Of a DNA stretch of 64,000 nucleotides, positions 14,401 to 28,837 are shown in pieces (within the stretch, counting starts at the first letter, position 1; every line of letters starts with the position of its first letter). Source of the DNA: the human T2T-CHM13v2.0 reference genome, Homo sapiens. The position numbers and the translations under genes were made by a program. The notes beneath the pieces are model-generated. The model saw only the letters and a program-made list of their open reading frames with translations. It was not told the origin of the DNA and made no database searches. Location of the stretch: assembly GCF_009914755.1 (NCBI RefSeq), contig NC_060928.1; one strand, given 5' to 3'.

Positions 14401-15748
14401 TACTGTCTTTGATGTTTGAGGCACCTCCATACAATTTTCTAATGACTAAACTAATTTAAATTCCCACCAACAGTGTAAAAGAGTTGTCTTTTCTCCACAT
14501 CCTTGCCAGAACATATTTTTCATCTTTTTTATAGTAGCCATTCTGCAGGTAAGAGATGGTATGTCATTGTGATTTTAATTTGCATTTTCCTAATGATTAG
14601 CAATGTTGGGCATTTTGCCATGTCTGTTGACTATATGTCTTCTTTTTAGAGATGCTTTTTATTATTTCCTTACTGTTGAATTGTTTTAGTTCCTTGTATA
14701 TTTTGGGGATTAACTTGTTGCCAGATGTATGGCTTGCAAATATTTTCTCCCAATTCCTAATTTGTCTTTTTCACACTATTAATTGTTTTATTTGCCATGC
14801 AGAAGCTTTTCAGTTCAATGTAATCATTTGTTGATTCTTGACTTGATTTCCTATACTTTTGGGGTCAAACCCCCCAAAATATTGCCCAAACTAATGTCAT
14901 GTAGTTTTTTTCGTTATGTTTTCTTCTAGTGGTTCTACAGTTTCTGAACTTATGTTTAAGTCTTTAATCCATTGTGAGTTGATTTTTGTGTATGGTGTGA
15001 GATAAGGGTCCAGTTTTATTCTTCTGCATGTGGGTATCCAGTTTTCCCAACACCATTTATTGAAGAGATTATCCTTTTTCTACTGTGTATTCTTGGATTT
15101 TTGTCAAAAATTAATGGACTATACATGTGTTCTTTATTCATTTCCAGGTTTTCTATTCTGTTCCATAGTTTATGTGTCTTCAGTTATTTATTTTTCTGCC
15201 AGTACTATGCTGATATAATTACTATAGTTTAAAATTAGATCGTGTGATTTCTTAGCTTTGTTATTGGTTGTACATAATTGCCTCGGTTATTTGGGTTTCA
15301 TTGTGGTTTCATATACATTTAGAATCTTTTTATTTCGATGAAAAATCACATTGCAATTTTGATAGAACTTTCACTGAATCTGAAGAGGACTTTGTGTAGT
15401 ATGAACATTAGAATATTACATCTTCCAGTCCATAAACATGGGGTATCTTTTCATGTATTAGTGTCTTCAGTTTCTTTCACCAGTTTTTTACAGTTTTTAC
15501 TGTAGAATTATTTTACTTCCCAAGTTAAGTTTATTCCTAAGTATTTCACTTTTTGTAGCTACTGTAAATGGAATTGTTCTCTTGATTTCATTTGCGGACA
15601 GTTTCTTGTTAGTGTATAGAAACTACTGATTTTGGTGAGTATTTTTGTATTTTTCAACTTACCTCTATAGTGAGGTAAATTATGTACTAGTTTTAATAGT
15701 TTTTATGTGGGGTCTTTAGGGTTTTCTGTATGTAAGAAGTGACGTTTT

Positions 15749-16056
15749 GGCCAGATGCAGTGGCTCACACCTGTAATTACAGCACTTTGGGAGGCTGGAG
15801 GCAGATATATGGCTTGAGCCCAGGAACATGAGACCAGCCTAGGCAACATGGCAAAACCCTGTCTACCAAAAAATACAAAAATTATCTGGGCATCATGGAG
15901 CACACCTTTAGTCTCAGCTACTAGGGAAGCTGAGGCAGGAGGATAACCTGAGCCTGGGAGGTTGCAGTTGCAGTGAGTCCTGATGGTGCAACTGCACTCC
16001 AGCCTAGATGACACGGTGAGACCCTGTCTCAAAAAAAAAAAAAAAAAAAAAAAAAA
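15749..16056 (+). mobile_element. AluJ inserted in L1
   Basis: Dimer with A26 tail (16031-16056) and imperfect TSD aagtgacgtttt / aagtgatggttc. Confidence 0.93.
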
Positions 16057-18911
16057 GTGATGGTTCTTGTTTTCCCATTTAAATGTCTTTTATTTTCTAA
16101 ATTTTTATTAATTGGTCTGGCAAGAATGTCCAATACCATGTTGAATAAAACTGTCAAGAGATGGCATTCCTGTATTTTTCCAGATCTTTGAGGAAAGGCT
16201 TTCAAATTTTTACCATTGAATATACTGTTAACTGTGGCCTTCTCATATATGGTCTTTATTATGTGTAGGTAAAGAGGTTTTTTAAAAATTATTACGATGA
16301 AAGGATGTTCAATTTTTTAAGTGCCTTTCTGCATCTAATGAAATAATCATATAATTTTTGTCTTTCATTCTGGCAATGTGATATATCAGATTTATTGATT
16401 TGCACATGGTGAATCATCCTTGCATCTCAGGGAAAAATCTCACTTGATCATGGTAGATGATACTTTTAATGTATCATTGAATTTGGTTTGCTAGTGTTTT
16501 GTTGAGGATTTGTGCACCTATGCTCACCAAGGTTGTTGGCCTGTATTTTTTTTTTCTTGTAATGTCCTTGTCTGGCTTTTCTATCAGGGAAATGCTAGAT
16601 TTGTAAAATGAGTTTGGAAGTATTCCTTCTTCATTTTTTTTGGAAGATTTTGAGATGCATTGGTATTAGTAATTCTTTCAATGTTTGGTAGAATTCAGCA
16701 GTGAAACCATCAAGCCATCAGATTCTCTTTTATTTAAATTTTTTTTTTTCATGGGAGACTTTCTGTTACTGATTAATTCTTCTTACTATTTTTTGTCCTG
16801 TTAAGATTTTCTATTTTTTTATGATTAAGTCTTGTTGGGTAGTATGTGTCTAAAAATTTATCCATTTCTTCTAGGTTATCCAATTTGTTGGCATAATAGT
16901 ATTTTATGATCCTTTATATTTCTATAAAATCAATTGTAATGCCTCCTTTTTCATTTCCAATTTTATTTATTTGATTCTTATCAATTTTTCTTCTTTAGTT
17001 TAGCTAAACGGCTGCCCATTTTGTTGACCATTTCAACTGACCAAATTTGGTTCCATTGATTTTCTCTATTGTTTTTCTGTTCTTCTCTATTTTATCTGTT
17101 GTGCTCTATGTTCTATTATGTTCTGCCTTCTGCTAACTTCGTACTTAGTTTGTTCTTTCTCTAGTTTTTTGAGGAGTAACATTATTTATTTAAAATTTTT
17201 CTTATTTTTTGATGTAGGTGTTTATTGCTATAAACTTTTATCTTAAAATTGCTTTGTGCTATATCACATAAGTGTTTGTATGTTTTGTTTCTATTTTTGT
17301 TTTTCTTGAGATGTTTTTAAATTTCCCTTTTAATTTCTACACTGGTCCATTGGTTTTTCAGGAGCATGTTGTTCAATTTTATGTATTTGTGAATTTATCA
17401 AAATTTCCCATTATTGATATCTAGTTTCATACCATTACAGTCAGAAAATATATTGATATGTTTCCAATGCTATTAAATTTGTGAAGATTTGTTCTGTGTC
17501 CCAACATGTGACCTGGCCTGGAGAATGTTTCATGTGCACTTGATGTTGCTGTATTCTGTTGCTGTTGAATGGAATGTCCTGTATATGTCTGTTAGGTTAA
17601 TGTGGTTTAAAGTGTTCAAATTTAATGCTTCCTTATTAATTTGTATGGATGATTTGTCCAATATTGAAAGCAGGGTATTGAATCCCCTCCTATTATTGTA
17701 TTGCAATATATATCTCTCTCATCAGATATACATATATATATAAAATAAATATAATATTTATTTTATAAACAATCATTTTCAAAATCAAACTGAGTGAGCA
17801 GGTGATTTTACAAATGCCTATTTGATTTATAATTCAATAAAATAGTAGTTATTATAGAAACATTAAATACTGTATTTTTTTCATACATATCAAGGAGGAA
17901 AAAATGAGCCCAGACTGAAAAGAAATGTATTATTAAATACAAAAGGTCTATATTTTACATTGGGACAATATGACGCTTGTGTTGAATTGCAATGTTTTTC
18001 TGTTCTCTTACTCATATCTCAAATGGCCAGATCAGTTTTTCCCCTTGAACTTGGATTAGCATATACTGTCATATTAATGAGCACATACATTTTATGTACA
18101 TTTATATTTTAATTATATATTACTAAAAGAAAAAACTTCACTCAACATTATTTTCTTCTGCCAACAATGGTAATGTGCAGGTACATTTTGATAATAATTA
18201 TTTTTCTCATAGTTATCTCTTTTATATTTATCTTGCTTTACAGGCAATATTTTGTAAGTGAAATTCAATAATGCTATTACTTTAATTAATATACAAGTCT
18301 TATCACGAAACTTTTGCTTAGCCTTGAAAGATTTAGATATAATATTTAGCAAATGTGAATATTTTATATAGAAATGACAAAAATAATTTGGTCATTTTTT
18401 CTTAGATTTTTTAAGATTATTGTTGACATATTGTGTGTGTATATTCTGCATTTTGGAGAAGCTCATAATTTCATAATGAGAAACAATAAAATTAAATCCG
18501 GCTTTTTGCAATTTAAGCAAACAAAGAACAATGACATTATTTTCTTTATAAGCCCAAGTGAGCTATTATGGTGGGAGTGGAGAATTGGTCGAGGTAATCA
18601 GGAACTTACTTTCGCATAGCTGCAAAAATTTTATAGTAACTTTTGTTTCTCTTATTTCTTCCTTGAATGAACTGTTAACAACCAGAATCACTTCCACAAC
18701 CAAAGAATGGAAATGAACATGAATTATTAATTCTATCTGAAAAGATTTAGATGCCTTTTAACAATCTGTTAATTTTACAGTCAAGATTCAATCTTTCAAT
18801 AATTCTAATGTCATCAGAGAGAAAGAAAACCTTTCTGGGAAAACTTCAAAGTAAGTTTCATCACTTGGAAGTACAATACAAGGAAAAAATACCAAAGTAT
18901 TAATAAAATAT

Positions 18912-19221
18912 TGCCCGGGCGCGGTGGCTCACGCCTGTATCTCAGCACATTGGGAGGCTGCGGGGGACGGATTACCTGAGGTCAAGAGTTTGAGACCAGC
19001 CTGGCCAACATGGTGAAACCTTGTCTCTACTAAAAATACAAAAATTAGCCGAGCATGGTGTTGGGTGCCTGGAATCCCAGCTACTTGGGAGGCTGAAGCA
19101 GGAAAATCACTCGAACCTGGGAGGCGGAGGTTTTAGTAAACCGAGATTGCGCCACTGCACTCCAGTCTGGGTGACAGAGTGAGATTCCATCTACAAAATA
19201 AAAAATAAAAATAAAAATAAA
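18912..19221 (+). mobile_element. AluSx-like
   Basis: Full dimer with (AAAAAT)n tail and flanking repeat aaagtattaata on both sides. Confidence 0.95.
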
Positions 19222-19549
19222 AAAGTATTAATACTTATGATTAAACTTTTAAAAATGTTAGGACTGGTAGAGAACTATGAGGTATATACTATTATATGAG
19301 TATATTCTCATAATGTCATGTTTAGAGTATCTTTAAAACTCAATTCTGTCATTTAAGAAAATAGTAATAATAGAAACAGTTCTAGAAATATTTCTTATAT
19401 TTGAATCACTTGCATCAATTAATCAATTTCTTAAACTTAAAATGATTTAATAACGATGTGTTGCTTAGCATTACATTTCACTTTACTTTCTATTTTTCTT
19501 TGATTTATGTCATTATGATTCCTTATAAGAGTCCATGTCTTGCCTTTCC

Positions 19550-20800
19550 TGCTTCTCTTTTCATTAACGTCATTTTAATACTACCCAGATGGAAAACTCA
19601 ACATCATTCAGTCCCTCCAGCTTCTGTCACTTCCAGCCAGTATTCACCAGTCACAAGGCTTGTTCTTTTGTTCTGCAACATATTTCTTCAATTTTCCTGT
19701 GCTTTTAAAACCTCCTTGGCTAGAAGCCTTGTTCATTCCCTACTGAGATAAGAGCTGATGCTGAATGTAACTTAAATCTGGGTTTTTTAAGTCTCTAACA
19801 ATTCCATTTGCATTTATCCTCTCTTGACAACACTCAAACCATTCTGTCTCCTTGTCCTTGTCAGAAACGTTCCCAGTGCCTATGCCTGCCTCAGATGGCT
19901 TTCAACTTGTGACTACTTACCATGACTACCGTCCCTTCCCAGAATGTTTGTCTATCTGAACAACCGAGCAGTTCCATGTGACTGACCTAGAAAGTTATTC
20001 AATAACAAGCATAGCTCCTGAAACTGAATATTTGGCAACTAAATACTTTCTTTGCCACCTAAACCACAGAAGGTTTTTGTTTGTTTTTTATGGTCCTTTC
20101 TCAAGGTTTCTGTTACCTTGGGTCACATTTACTCTTTATTTTTATTTTAATGTGCATGCCATTTTTTTTCTGTGCTACCAATGCCTCTTTCAGTGGATCT
20201 AAGCCTTTGTCATTCTCATGCTAGTTTTAGTAATTTTCTCTAAAGTACCATACTATAATACTAAAATATGTTCCATCAGTTTGGGTTTCTGAATAACTAT
20301 TTAAAGAATTCTTAATTGAAAACTAGGTGAATTAAATAGGATATGTGTTTATTTTACAATGAAAGGGAAAATTTGTTTTTACTCCCTGAATAGATAGTAT
20401 TGAATAGAGTAAAAAGTGCATGTATGCATATGCATAATGTTGGATTTTCATTGTTATAGCACAGGCAGAGAAATTCACATATTATTTTTCTAATATCACT
20501 GTGATATTTGAGTAAATGCAATTGTCCATAGAAAAATGTACATGTTCTTGAATTTAGTTTTGCATGTTTTTTCTGTGTTCTTTGCATCCTCTAATTTATA
20601 CACCAAAAACAATCATCATGCTCTTTAGTATCCTTATATCTGCTACCTTCGCTAGTATAAAATACTTGAAGTTAGAAAAAAAAATTTGCTTTTTTTTTGT
20701 TATTTGTCTGCTTCACCTTTTCATTCTAATGTAGTAGAATACTTAGCATGTGGAAAATGTCTATATATATTTGTCACCTGAATGAATGCATGTGTGAATA
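19550..20800 (+). mobile_element. Scattered L2 fragments
   Basis: L2-like 3' terminus acttagcatgtggaaaatgtc..atatttgtcacctgaatgaatg near 20740-20790, with weaker body fragments upstream. Confidence 0.4.
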
Positions 20801-20999
20801 AAGATTAGTCTAGTTTTTCCTCTGCTGAGACTAGATATAATTTCTGGATTATATGATTGCAGTTTGAAATTACAGAAACCAGAAAACCAAATTGTATATG
20901 AGTTTTCATATGGGGCATTTAATTGTCACTTTAATCTCACATGTTTTTGTTTCTTTATGTTTTTAATCAAGAAAGGATATTACATAGCTTAGAAAATTC

Positions 21000-23070
21000 T
21001 AGAATGAACATTTATTTTTCTCCCAATTTTATTACCTTTAATGCCGTTTTCCAGAGCCAGCTATTTTACCAGATTTATTTATTTTAGTCTTTACCTCCAT
21101 ATCTTTGACTACTATGCATGTACTTCTAGATATTGATTTATACACTTTCAATCTTACCTATTATTTTCTGTTTTGATAGGTGAGATTTACCACATTTACA
21201 AAACCTGGTATATTTAGTCTCTCCTTTTCCTCAAAATAGCTATGATTGTTTCAGTTCTTCCATTGGTCATCATTAAAACTTCAAATCAGATATTATTATT
21301 TCTGCTCTTGATCAATCTGCTATGGACTAAAATATACCATATTCCTGTGATTTTCTGAGCCATCAATTTTGCTTTCTATTTTACTGAGTCCCTTATATAA
21401 TATTGAAGCCTTTGTAAAATTTGTCACTTATGTTCCAAACGGTGATGCTTGATCTCTCATCCCGTCACCCAGCTGAGATCTGAGGTCTACCTTCTCTCTT
21501 TTTGTAGAGCCATATTTCTGGAATTTCATATGTAATCCTTGGTTTATGCAGTTTTTTGAGAATACCCTGAAATAATTCTCTGAAAATGTAATGTAGAGAA
21601 GACAAGATAAATTTTGTCTTCTTACACCTCTGAAAATGTTTTTATTCTGTTCTTACACTTGATTATTAAAATACAATTCTAGGCTTAAAGCAAATCTCTA
21701 TGTCAATTGTGAACACCTTATACATTTTCTAGCATTCACTGTTACTGATGAGATTTTGACACCTGTCTTATTCTCATTATTTTGCAATACACATTTTTTC
21801 CCTGTAAATATCTTGAGAATGTTTCTTTAGCTTAATATAATATTTCACAATAATTTTTACTAGGGACGAGGTGTTTAGGCATTAAATAAAATAGATTCAT
21901 TTAATTAAGGGCTCTAGCTATTTGGCTTGGAAAAACAAGGTATGATATACAGTGATTGTATAAATTTTAATCCAAGTTGAAATATTTTAAGAGTAAGAAG
22001 AAATACTATTAATAAATATGCTAGGATAACCGAGTCAACCAGGGCTGTCCCAAGCAAAGCAGAATATATGTTTTCCCTAATTACAAGATACATGAATGTT
22101 ACCTATTCATATTTGAAGATTTATTATAAAAGCAAAATGAATAAATAGCAGTAATTTAAGATTTAAGATGCTACTTGTTTGAATTTTTTTCTCTCTCTCT
22201 TTTTTTTTACTTCTCTTCCAGGGGTCTTTAGTTAGGTGCTTATATCTTAGATTGCTTTTTATCATTTATTTTCTTACATTTTCTGTCTCCAGGGTTTTGT
22301 ACATAATTTAGTGAACAGTGAGGAAGAATTGATGGGTTTGAAGCAGGTAGTGAATTTTTTACTGGTGTGTTTGGGTATTATTGTAATTTACATAATAATG
22401 ATGTATATAAGATGGATTGGAGCAGGTAGCAAATATGCATCACTCAAACAAATATGATAAAATTATAAATTTAGGTAGAAGCAGCAGGATTAAAGAGACA
22501 ATTCAAACGAGTCATCTTGGGATATAGCAGATAATACTCAGAAAAAAAGTTTCAAGGGGCTACCAAACATTGTTACAGAAAGAACATTCACCTTGCAATC
22601 AGGAAGATCAGAGTTTAATTTTTTATACTATCAATATCTAGCTTCACATTTTCATATAAATGAAATAAAAACATTCAGAAAAAAATTATAGTACTTTATG
22701 GGTTTCTCTTCATATTAATTTCCCTCTTTCCCTTTTCTATGACAAGCACTTTCAATATTTCATTTTAATCTTTTTAGTCAATTAATTTTCATAACTATTG
22801 ATTCTACATATAAAAAACATAAAAATTCTGTGCATTTTTATTTATGCAAATGACACATGTATGTGTTATTCTGTGTGTTGCTTTTAGTATTCAATTTCAG
22901 ACCTTTGGGAACCATCCACATTGATATCTACAGATCTACTCTTATTCATTTTAGTGTTGGATATTATTGCCTATTGCTCTATATCATTTATCCATCTCCC
23001 ATTGATGTGCATTCATGTTGTTTCCAGACTTCAAATTCACAAAAAATGCTTCCCCAAGTTTCCCTTCTTG
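21000..23070 (-). mobile_element. Degenerate L1M/L1ME fragments with a possible hAT-Blackjack (MER94-like) end near 22035-22080
   Basis: Antisense L1-like stretches (ctctgaaaatgtttttattctg; ttatccatctcccattgatgtgcatt). Reverse complement tagggaaaacatat..ttgggacagccctgg resembles a MER94 terminus. Confidence 0.4.
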
Positions 23071-24432
23071 CAAGAGTAAGGCACTTATTCCTAGTCTCCT
23101 GAGAGGGCTATTGGCCAACTACCTCCACATAGGTCCCTCTCTTAGATTTGCCAACAGGTGAAGAGAGATTTCTCACCCAAGAATATGTTCCATTCTCATG
23201 ACTGGTGAGTGCAGGACCAACTCATTGCAGACTATTCTAAAAAGCCTCCCATTTCTAGATCACAGTAAAACTTTTCTCTCTGCATAATTCAACTTGCTTT
23301 CTTTACCTACTGATGTTGATACTGATACCACTCCCCAACAAATGCTGCACACAAATCTTCCTCAGAGTTATTTTCAGGGAATATAAATAAACTCCATCAG
23401 TTAGCACTAGAAATAGTTTGAGAAACCACACTCAAAAAAAGGTTTTTGTGCTAGATCATCTATTATCTTCCTGGTAACAGAGCCCTCATCACTTGTGGTA
23501 GATGGAGAACATGTAGCCTTCAGGATGTGCAGCAGATCCAATTGTTAAAATTTTAGTGTGGCAATTTATTAGGCAATTTATTAGGCATTTGAGGAATACT
23601 GGAAAAAATAAGGACTGTAGAATCCAGTAGCTCTAACTTAAGACTGTTAATGATGAATTAGAAAAAAATAAAATAAAAGGAAGAGGGTGATCAATCACCC
23701 TTTACAGCAAAAAAGTGAACACCAGAAGGTTTCCTTGATAACACACAAAGAGAATTTCAACTTCTGCTATCAGAGGTCAGAAAAAAGCTTCAGATTAAAT
23801 TCAGGACCTGCTTGTAAGGCTAGTTTTACTCCAGAGAAAGTTGAAGTCTCAATACTGACAATCCTGTTACATCAAAGTGAGAACTTAGATTAGGAAAAGA
23901 TGGAATTATTAGGCATGGGATAGAAATGCTGGGTCCTTGAAATAAAAAAATTCTAGGATTTCCTGTCCATTAGAGGCTAGTGATCCTACCTTCCTTGAGG
24001 ATGACAAAGATTTCTCTATCTTTCAAGACAATGGTGTTTTTCTCCTAGCATTTCATACAATTCTTCTTGTCTACCATATCAATGACAAAGATTAGGTCAT
24101 AATATAACACATTCTGGTAAACTCTGGGTTTGCCAAGAGAAAAAAGGCTATATCCTAATAAATCTGTGTTATCTTGCCAAAATACTTTACCAGGAGGCAG
24201 AAAAGTGTATATGGGACTGGAGAGGCATCACATAAAGTTTGGCAAAGGAGAGTTTATCAATATAAAAACCTTCTGTAATATAGAATTTAACATCCAACCT
24301 AGCAAGAAAATCTAGAAGACTGCACTTAAAAATATGTTAGAATGACTATTATAAGCTTGGAGAATTTTACAGCCCATAGTATATGATGCAGAAATACCAA
24401 ATTTATCAGGAGAGATGTTAAAGGATGAAATA

Positions 24433-24562
24433 TTAAGTTGATGCAAAAGTAATTGTGGTTTTTGCCACTAAAAGCAATGCAGTTTTTGCCATATAGTTAG
24501 ATGCTTATATCCTGGATTGCTTTTTGTCATCTATTTTTTTATATACATGCACACCAACCTAA
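24433..24562. mobile_element. Aberrant MADE1 (Hsmar1-derived MITE)
   Basis: ta|ttaagttgatgcaaaagtaattgtggtttttgcca left arm, and caccaacctaa right terminus. Confidence 0.75.
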
Positions 24563-27500
24563 TGGGAAGTCTGAAAGTGGATATGCTAAAGTAGATATAC
24601 TACATACAATAAGAAAACTCACCAGATAAATATGATGCATGAGTGGTCCACAAAGACACCTTATTTATTAAGGCAATAATAAATGTGCTGGTAATCTGAA
24701 CTCTAAAGACATCAGTGGAAAATGTGTTCTATAGTTCACAGCTGACAGTAAGATGTATCATTATAGCACCTCTGATGGCAATGGAATTAGCAAGATCCTG
24801 AAGTAATAAAATCCAAATTGTCTTAACTCAGAAGTAGAAAGAAGGCAAAACTATTATGATAAGCTTGCAAAGTTCAGAGTTTCAAACAGGGCATCACTAC
24901 CTGTAAAGAACAGAAGCTATTGTTAATAGAATAGCATCCCTAAGAGCAAAATAGATGAGAAGCTGACAAGAATATGGTTCAAAAGAACTAAAGAATGAAT
25001 AATCAGGAGGCAATCTCTTCAAATCAACACTTATTCTTTTGCCAATTTCTGCATGTGAGCTAGTTTTCAGACCTGGAACCTATTGAATGTAAGAAACTTG
25101 GTCCCAAAATACAGGGATCACATAACATCATGTAAGGATATTTCACATCAAGTTCTCAATCTTTTCCAAAGATGTGTATGACTTTTTATTTTGGTAGTCA
25201 TTTCCTAAAAGAGAGAAATACCTAATCTTTGAAGGACTATTGACACAGGTTCCAAATTAACTTTGACACCAGACAATTCATGACATTTTATGAATTTTTG
25301 TGAATGGATGTATACGGGAAGTAGGTAATAAGCAGAGTCTGTGATCAGGTTTGGTTCATAGTGTGCAATGGGTCTACGGAACCCCTGATGGTAATTTCTC
25401 TGATTGCCAAATGTATAATTGAAGTGAATATACTCAATAAATGGTCAACACATCCCATTGTTTTTTGGTCTCTAAGATATGAGCTGTCATAGGTGAAGAT
25501 AAATGGAAGTCTCTGAAACTACCTCCCTTCCATTCACAAAGAGACTAAATCAAAACCATACCATTCCATATCCTGAGGAAATAGTGATGATTAATGCCCA
25601 ACTTAAAGACCAATAAGTGTCATTAAATCCACAAACATAACCCATCAAAAAACCACATAAATGCTAACAGATGATCACGAGTTACTGCAAACTCAATCTG
25701 CAGCTCCTATTGCAGTTGGTATGGTAGAGGTGATACCTTTGCTACAGCAGATTAATACAGCATAAGACACTTGATATGTAGCTAGTGATCTGATAGATGT
25801 ATTTATTTTCATTACTATTAGAAAGAAAATCCAGAAATAATTTTCTGTTACTTGACACAGACTACAGTCTGTCCTGATTTAGTTTCATGGTCTTGCCCCA
25901 AGAATATGTTAACTTTCCTGTCCTCTGTCACAATATAATTCGAAGAGATCTAAAACAGCTGAACATCTGCAAGAGCAGCACATTGGTATGCTCCAAAATT
26001 AACATCATGTTAATTGAATTAATATGCAAGAAGTGGGAAGTTTATTGGAGACTTTGGTAAGGCACATAAACTCCAGAAACTGCAAGATAGACCAAGAATA
26101 GGGTATTGTCACAACAGTGTAGATCTGAGGTATTCCAGAACATCCCCTGAACATAAGGGCTATATTATTGTGTCTTGCATTTCCCACCACTAAAAGGTAA
26201 GCCAACTATCCAGTAGGACTTTCAGATTTTAAAAGAAGCATAGCACACACACTTAAAATATTATTCTGACTTTATGTCCAGTGACACAAAATGCATCTAG
26301 TTTCAAGTAGAGTTTAGAGAAGGATAGGGCTCTACAACAGTTCTAGGCTAAGATATAAGTGGTTCTGTCCCATGGGAAACATAACCTAGCAGATAAAATT
26401 GTATCATAGATGTCTGTTGAAGAAAAATATGCTATGTGGTGGTTGTTAAAGGTAAGATTCAATAGAAGAATCATAAGCTAGACTTGTACAGGGATAAGTC
26501 AAAATATATCACTTGCAGTATACTTTTATGTACTTCTTGAGAAATAGATCTTGTAATATTACTGAACCCTGGAATATTAAGTAAACTTGTAGCCATAACT
26601 TCCCTTTGTAAGCTAGGTTTAGTCCTATTCACCATATCATAAGGTCAGATGGCACTAGCAGCAATTCATTATAAGATGTAAGTGATGTAATTTGCAACAG
26701 GCATAAATAAGACCAAAGGACAGAAGTTAGTTGCACAAGCAGGTGGCCCAGACTTCTGTGTAACTAACCTATTACCCTGGCACTTCTCCCTCAACTCAAT
26801 ATATGAATGCAAAATAAAAACTTATTCTGGCTATATCTTAGCCTCAGTCAGGGGTGGCCTTGAAAAATAGTGCAGAGGTTAATTTTCCAATGATCACTCA
26901 GTACTACCCTTGAGTCTGAAAAGAAATAATGGCCATATGTTAGAATATATATATGTACTCATAAACAGTAGTAATCAGTTTGACTGGTTGATTAGGAGCC
27001 TAAAAATATAAAGATTGGATGATTGGGAACAAGACAATCAGAATAAATGGCATACGCATGAACTTATAGGAGTAGACACAAAGTGTCAAAATCTTTGTGT
27101 GTCATCTCAATGCCAACCAGAAAGGATTCACAACAGAAGAGCTACTAAATACCTAAGTAGACAGAATAACTCAGCTATAATAACAGAAACAGAAGCTAAT
27201 CATGAGCTTAACAGCATAAACTCCCACTCACTAAAGCTGACATAGTTACTGACTCCAGCCTGCTGGCAACAGAGACCAATGCCTATCTCTTAATATGGCA
27301 CCTTCCCTGAAATAGACCAACCAGCCACTTGATGGTAAGTTGACTTTTTTTAGCCACCCACTCTGGAAAGGGCAGAAATTCATACTGACTAGAGTCTACA
27401 TCGATTCTGGGCACAAGTTTGCCTTTTCTATCTCCAGGGCCTTGACTGTTGCAGTATTCAAGGGCTTAAAAGTTTGAATATATCCAGCTTGAGATTCTAC

Positions 27501-28837
27501 ATAAACATCACATTAACTATAAAATCTACTCTTCAAGAAAGAAGGTATGGCAGTGGGCACATGATATGCAATCTACTGGTTTCATAATATACCATATGGT
27601 CTAAAAGCTGGTGGCTTACTATAGTAAAGAATGGCTTTGTCACCAATAGGTAGAAGGGTGAAAGCAGGAGTGGACCTCTTATCATTAATCCCAGTAACTC
27701 TCTTATTTTTCTTTCTCATCACTATAACTCTAACCCCCATAGGCTTAGAGGTACTGTTTCCTAGATCCAAAATGCTTCTGAGGGCAGAGCAAGAGTTTCA
27801 TTAAGCCGTTAGGTAAGATACTGTCCAGTCATTCTAGACTCCTGATGCCAGAACACCAGCAGACTTGAAAAAAAGTCAGAAATCTCAGTGGAAATAATTA
27901 GTCCTGATCATTGAGAATAAGTAGAATTCTTCATACAATGAAAGCAGGGAAGAAGGACTTTCATAACTAGCAGATCTTTTGAGATGTCCCCTGATACTTA
28001 TTTGTCCTATCTTGATTATAAATGGACAAGTCCAATAGCCACAGCTTGAGAAAGGCGTGGCATATAGGGACTCAGATTTCTTAGGGGTTAGTGTTATTTC
28101 ACCCAGTCAGGTAAGCCAGGTGTCATCCAGTGGTGTTATCTCAGGTGCTAACAGTGTTATCCAGGGGTAAGGGGAAGAAAAAAAAATGTGTAAAGAAGGA
28201 GAGGGATAATAAATACCAGTTTAAACCTCCCCAAATCTGCTACAGAAGCAAGATGTAACACTGTGATATAAAGAGATATATATATTGGTTTTTGGTCCCA
28301 GGTTCCTGGCCAGAATTCCTAAAACCATGGTAAATTCCCATGTCATAAGAGCAATCGGAGCATCTTTTGTTAAATATTTGGTTCTTGTTCCCAGTTCCTG
28401 AAATAGTTCTGGAGCTATAAAGGAGAAAGGGGCATCTTTTGTTATTCATAACAGTCCCCTTTCAATCATACCTGAGTTTATGTTAACAAAGTAACTTTCA
28501 AAACTCCCCAAGGATGGAGAAGCTGATTGTCAGGGAAACCAAACATGTCATTAGAGGGTCCAAACTTCAGCCCCACTCCAGACACATTTCCAAGAAAGGG
28601 AGAGGGAATAGTGGTTGAGTTTAATTACCAATGGCCAATGACTTAACAATCATGTCTTTGTGCTGAAACCTTCATAAAATCCTTAAGCAAAAGAGTTTGG
28701 AAAGCTCCTGGATGAATACCTGGAGATGTTGAGATGGGGATGCACTTCTCCCTCACACCTTGCCCTGTGTGTCTCTTTCATCTGGCTGTTCCTGAGTTTT
28801 AACTTTGTCAAAAGACAGAATTACAATAAATTTAGTT

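Larger units (their letters stand above)
13960..17710 (-). mobile_element. L1MA-type LINE-1 (3'UTR plus ORF2 part), interrupted by a MITE and an Alu
   Basis: Antisense L1MA 3' end (gctaattagcatattcatcacctcaaatacttat) followed by continuous degenerate antisense ORF2 (cccaccaacagtgtaaaagag, tttcccaacaccatttattgaagag, gaattcagcagtgaaaccatc). Confidence 0.9.
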
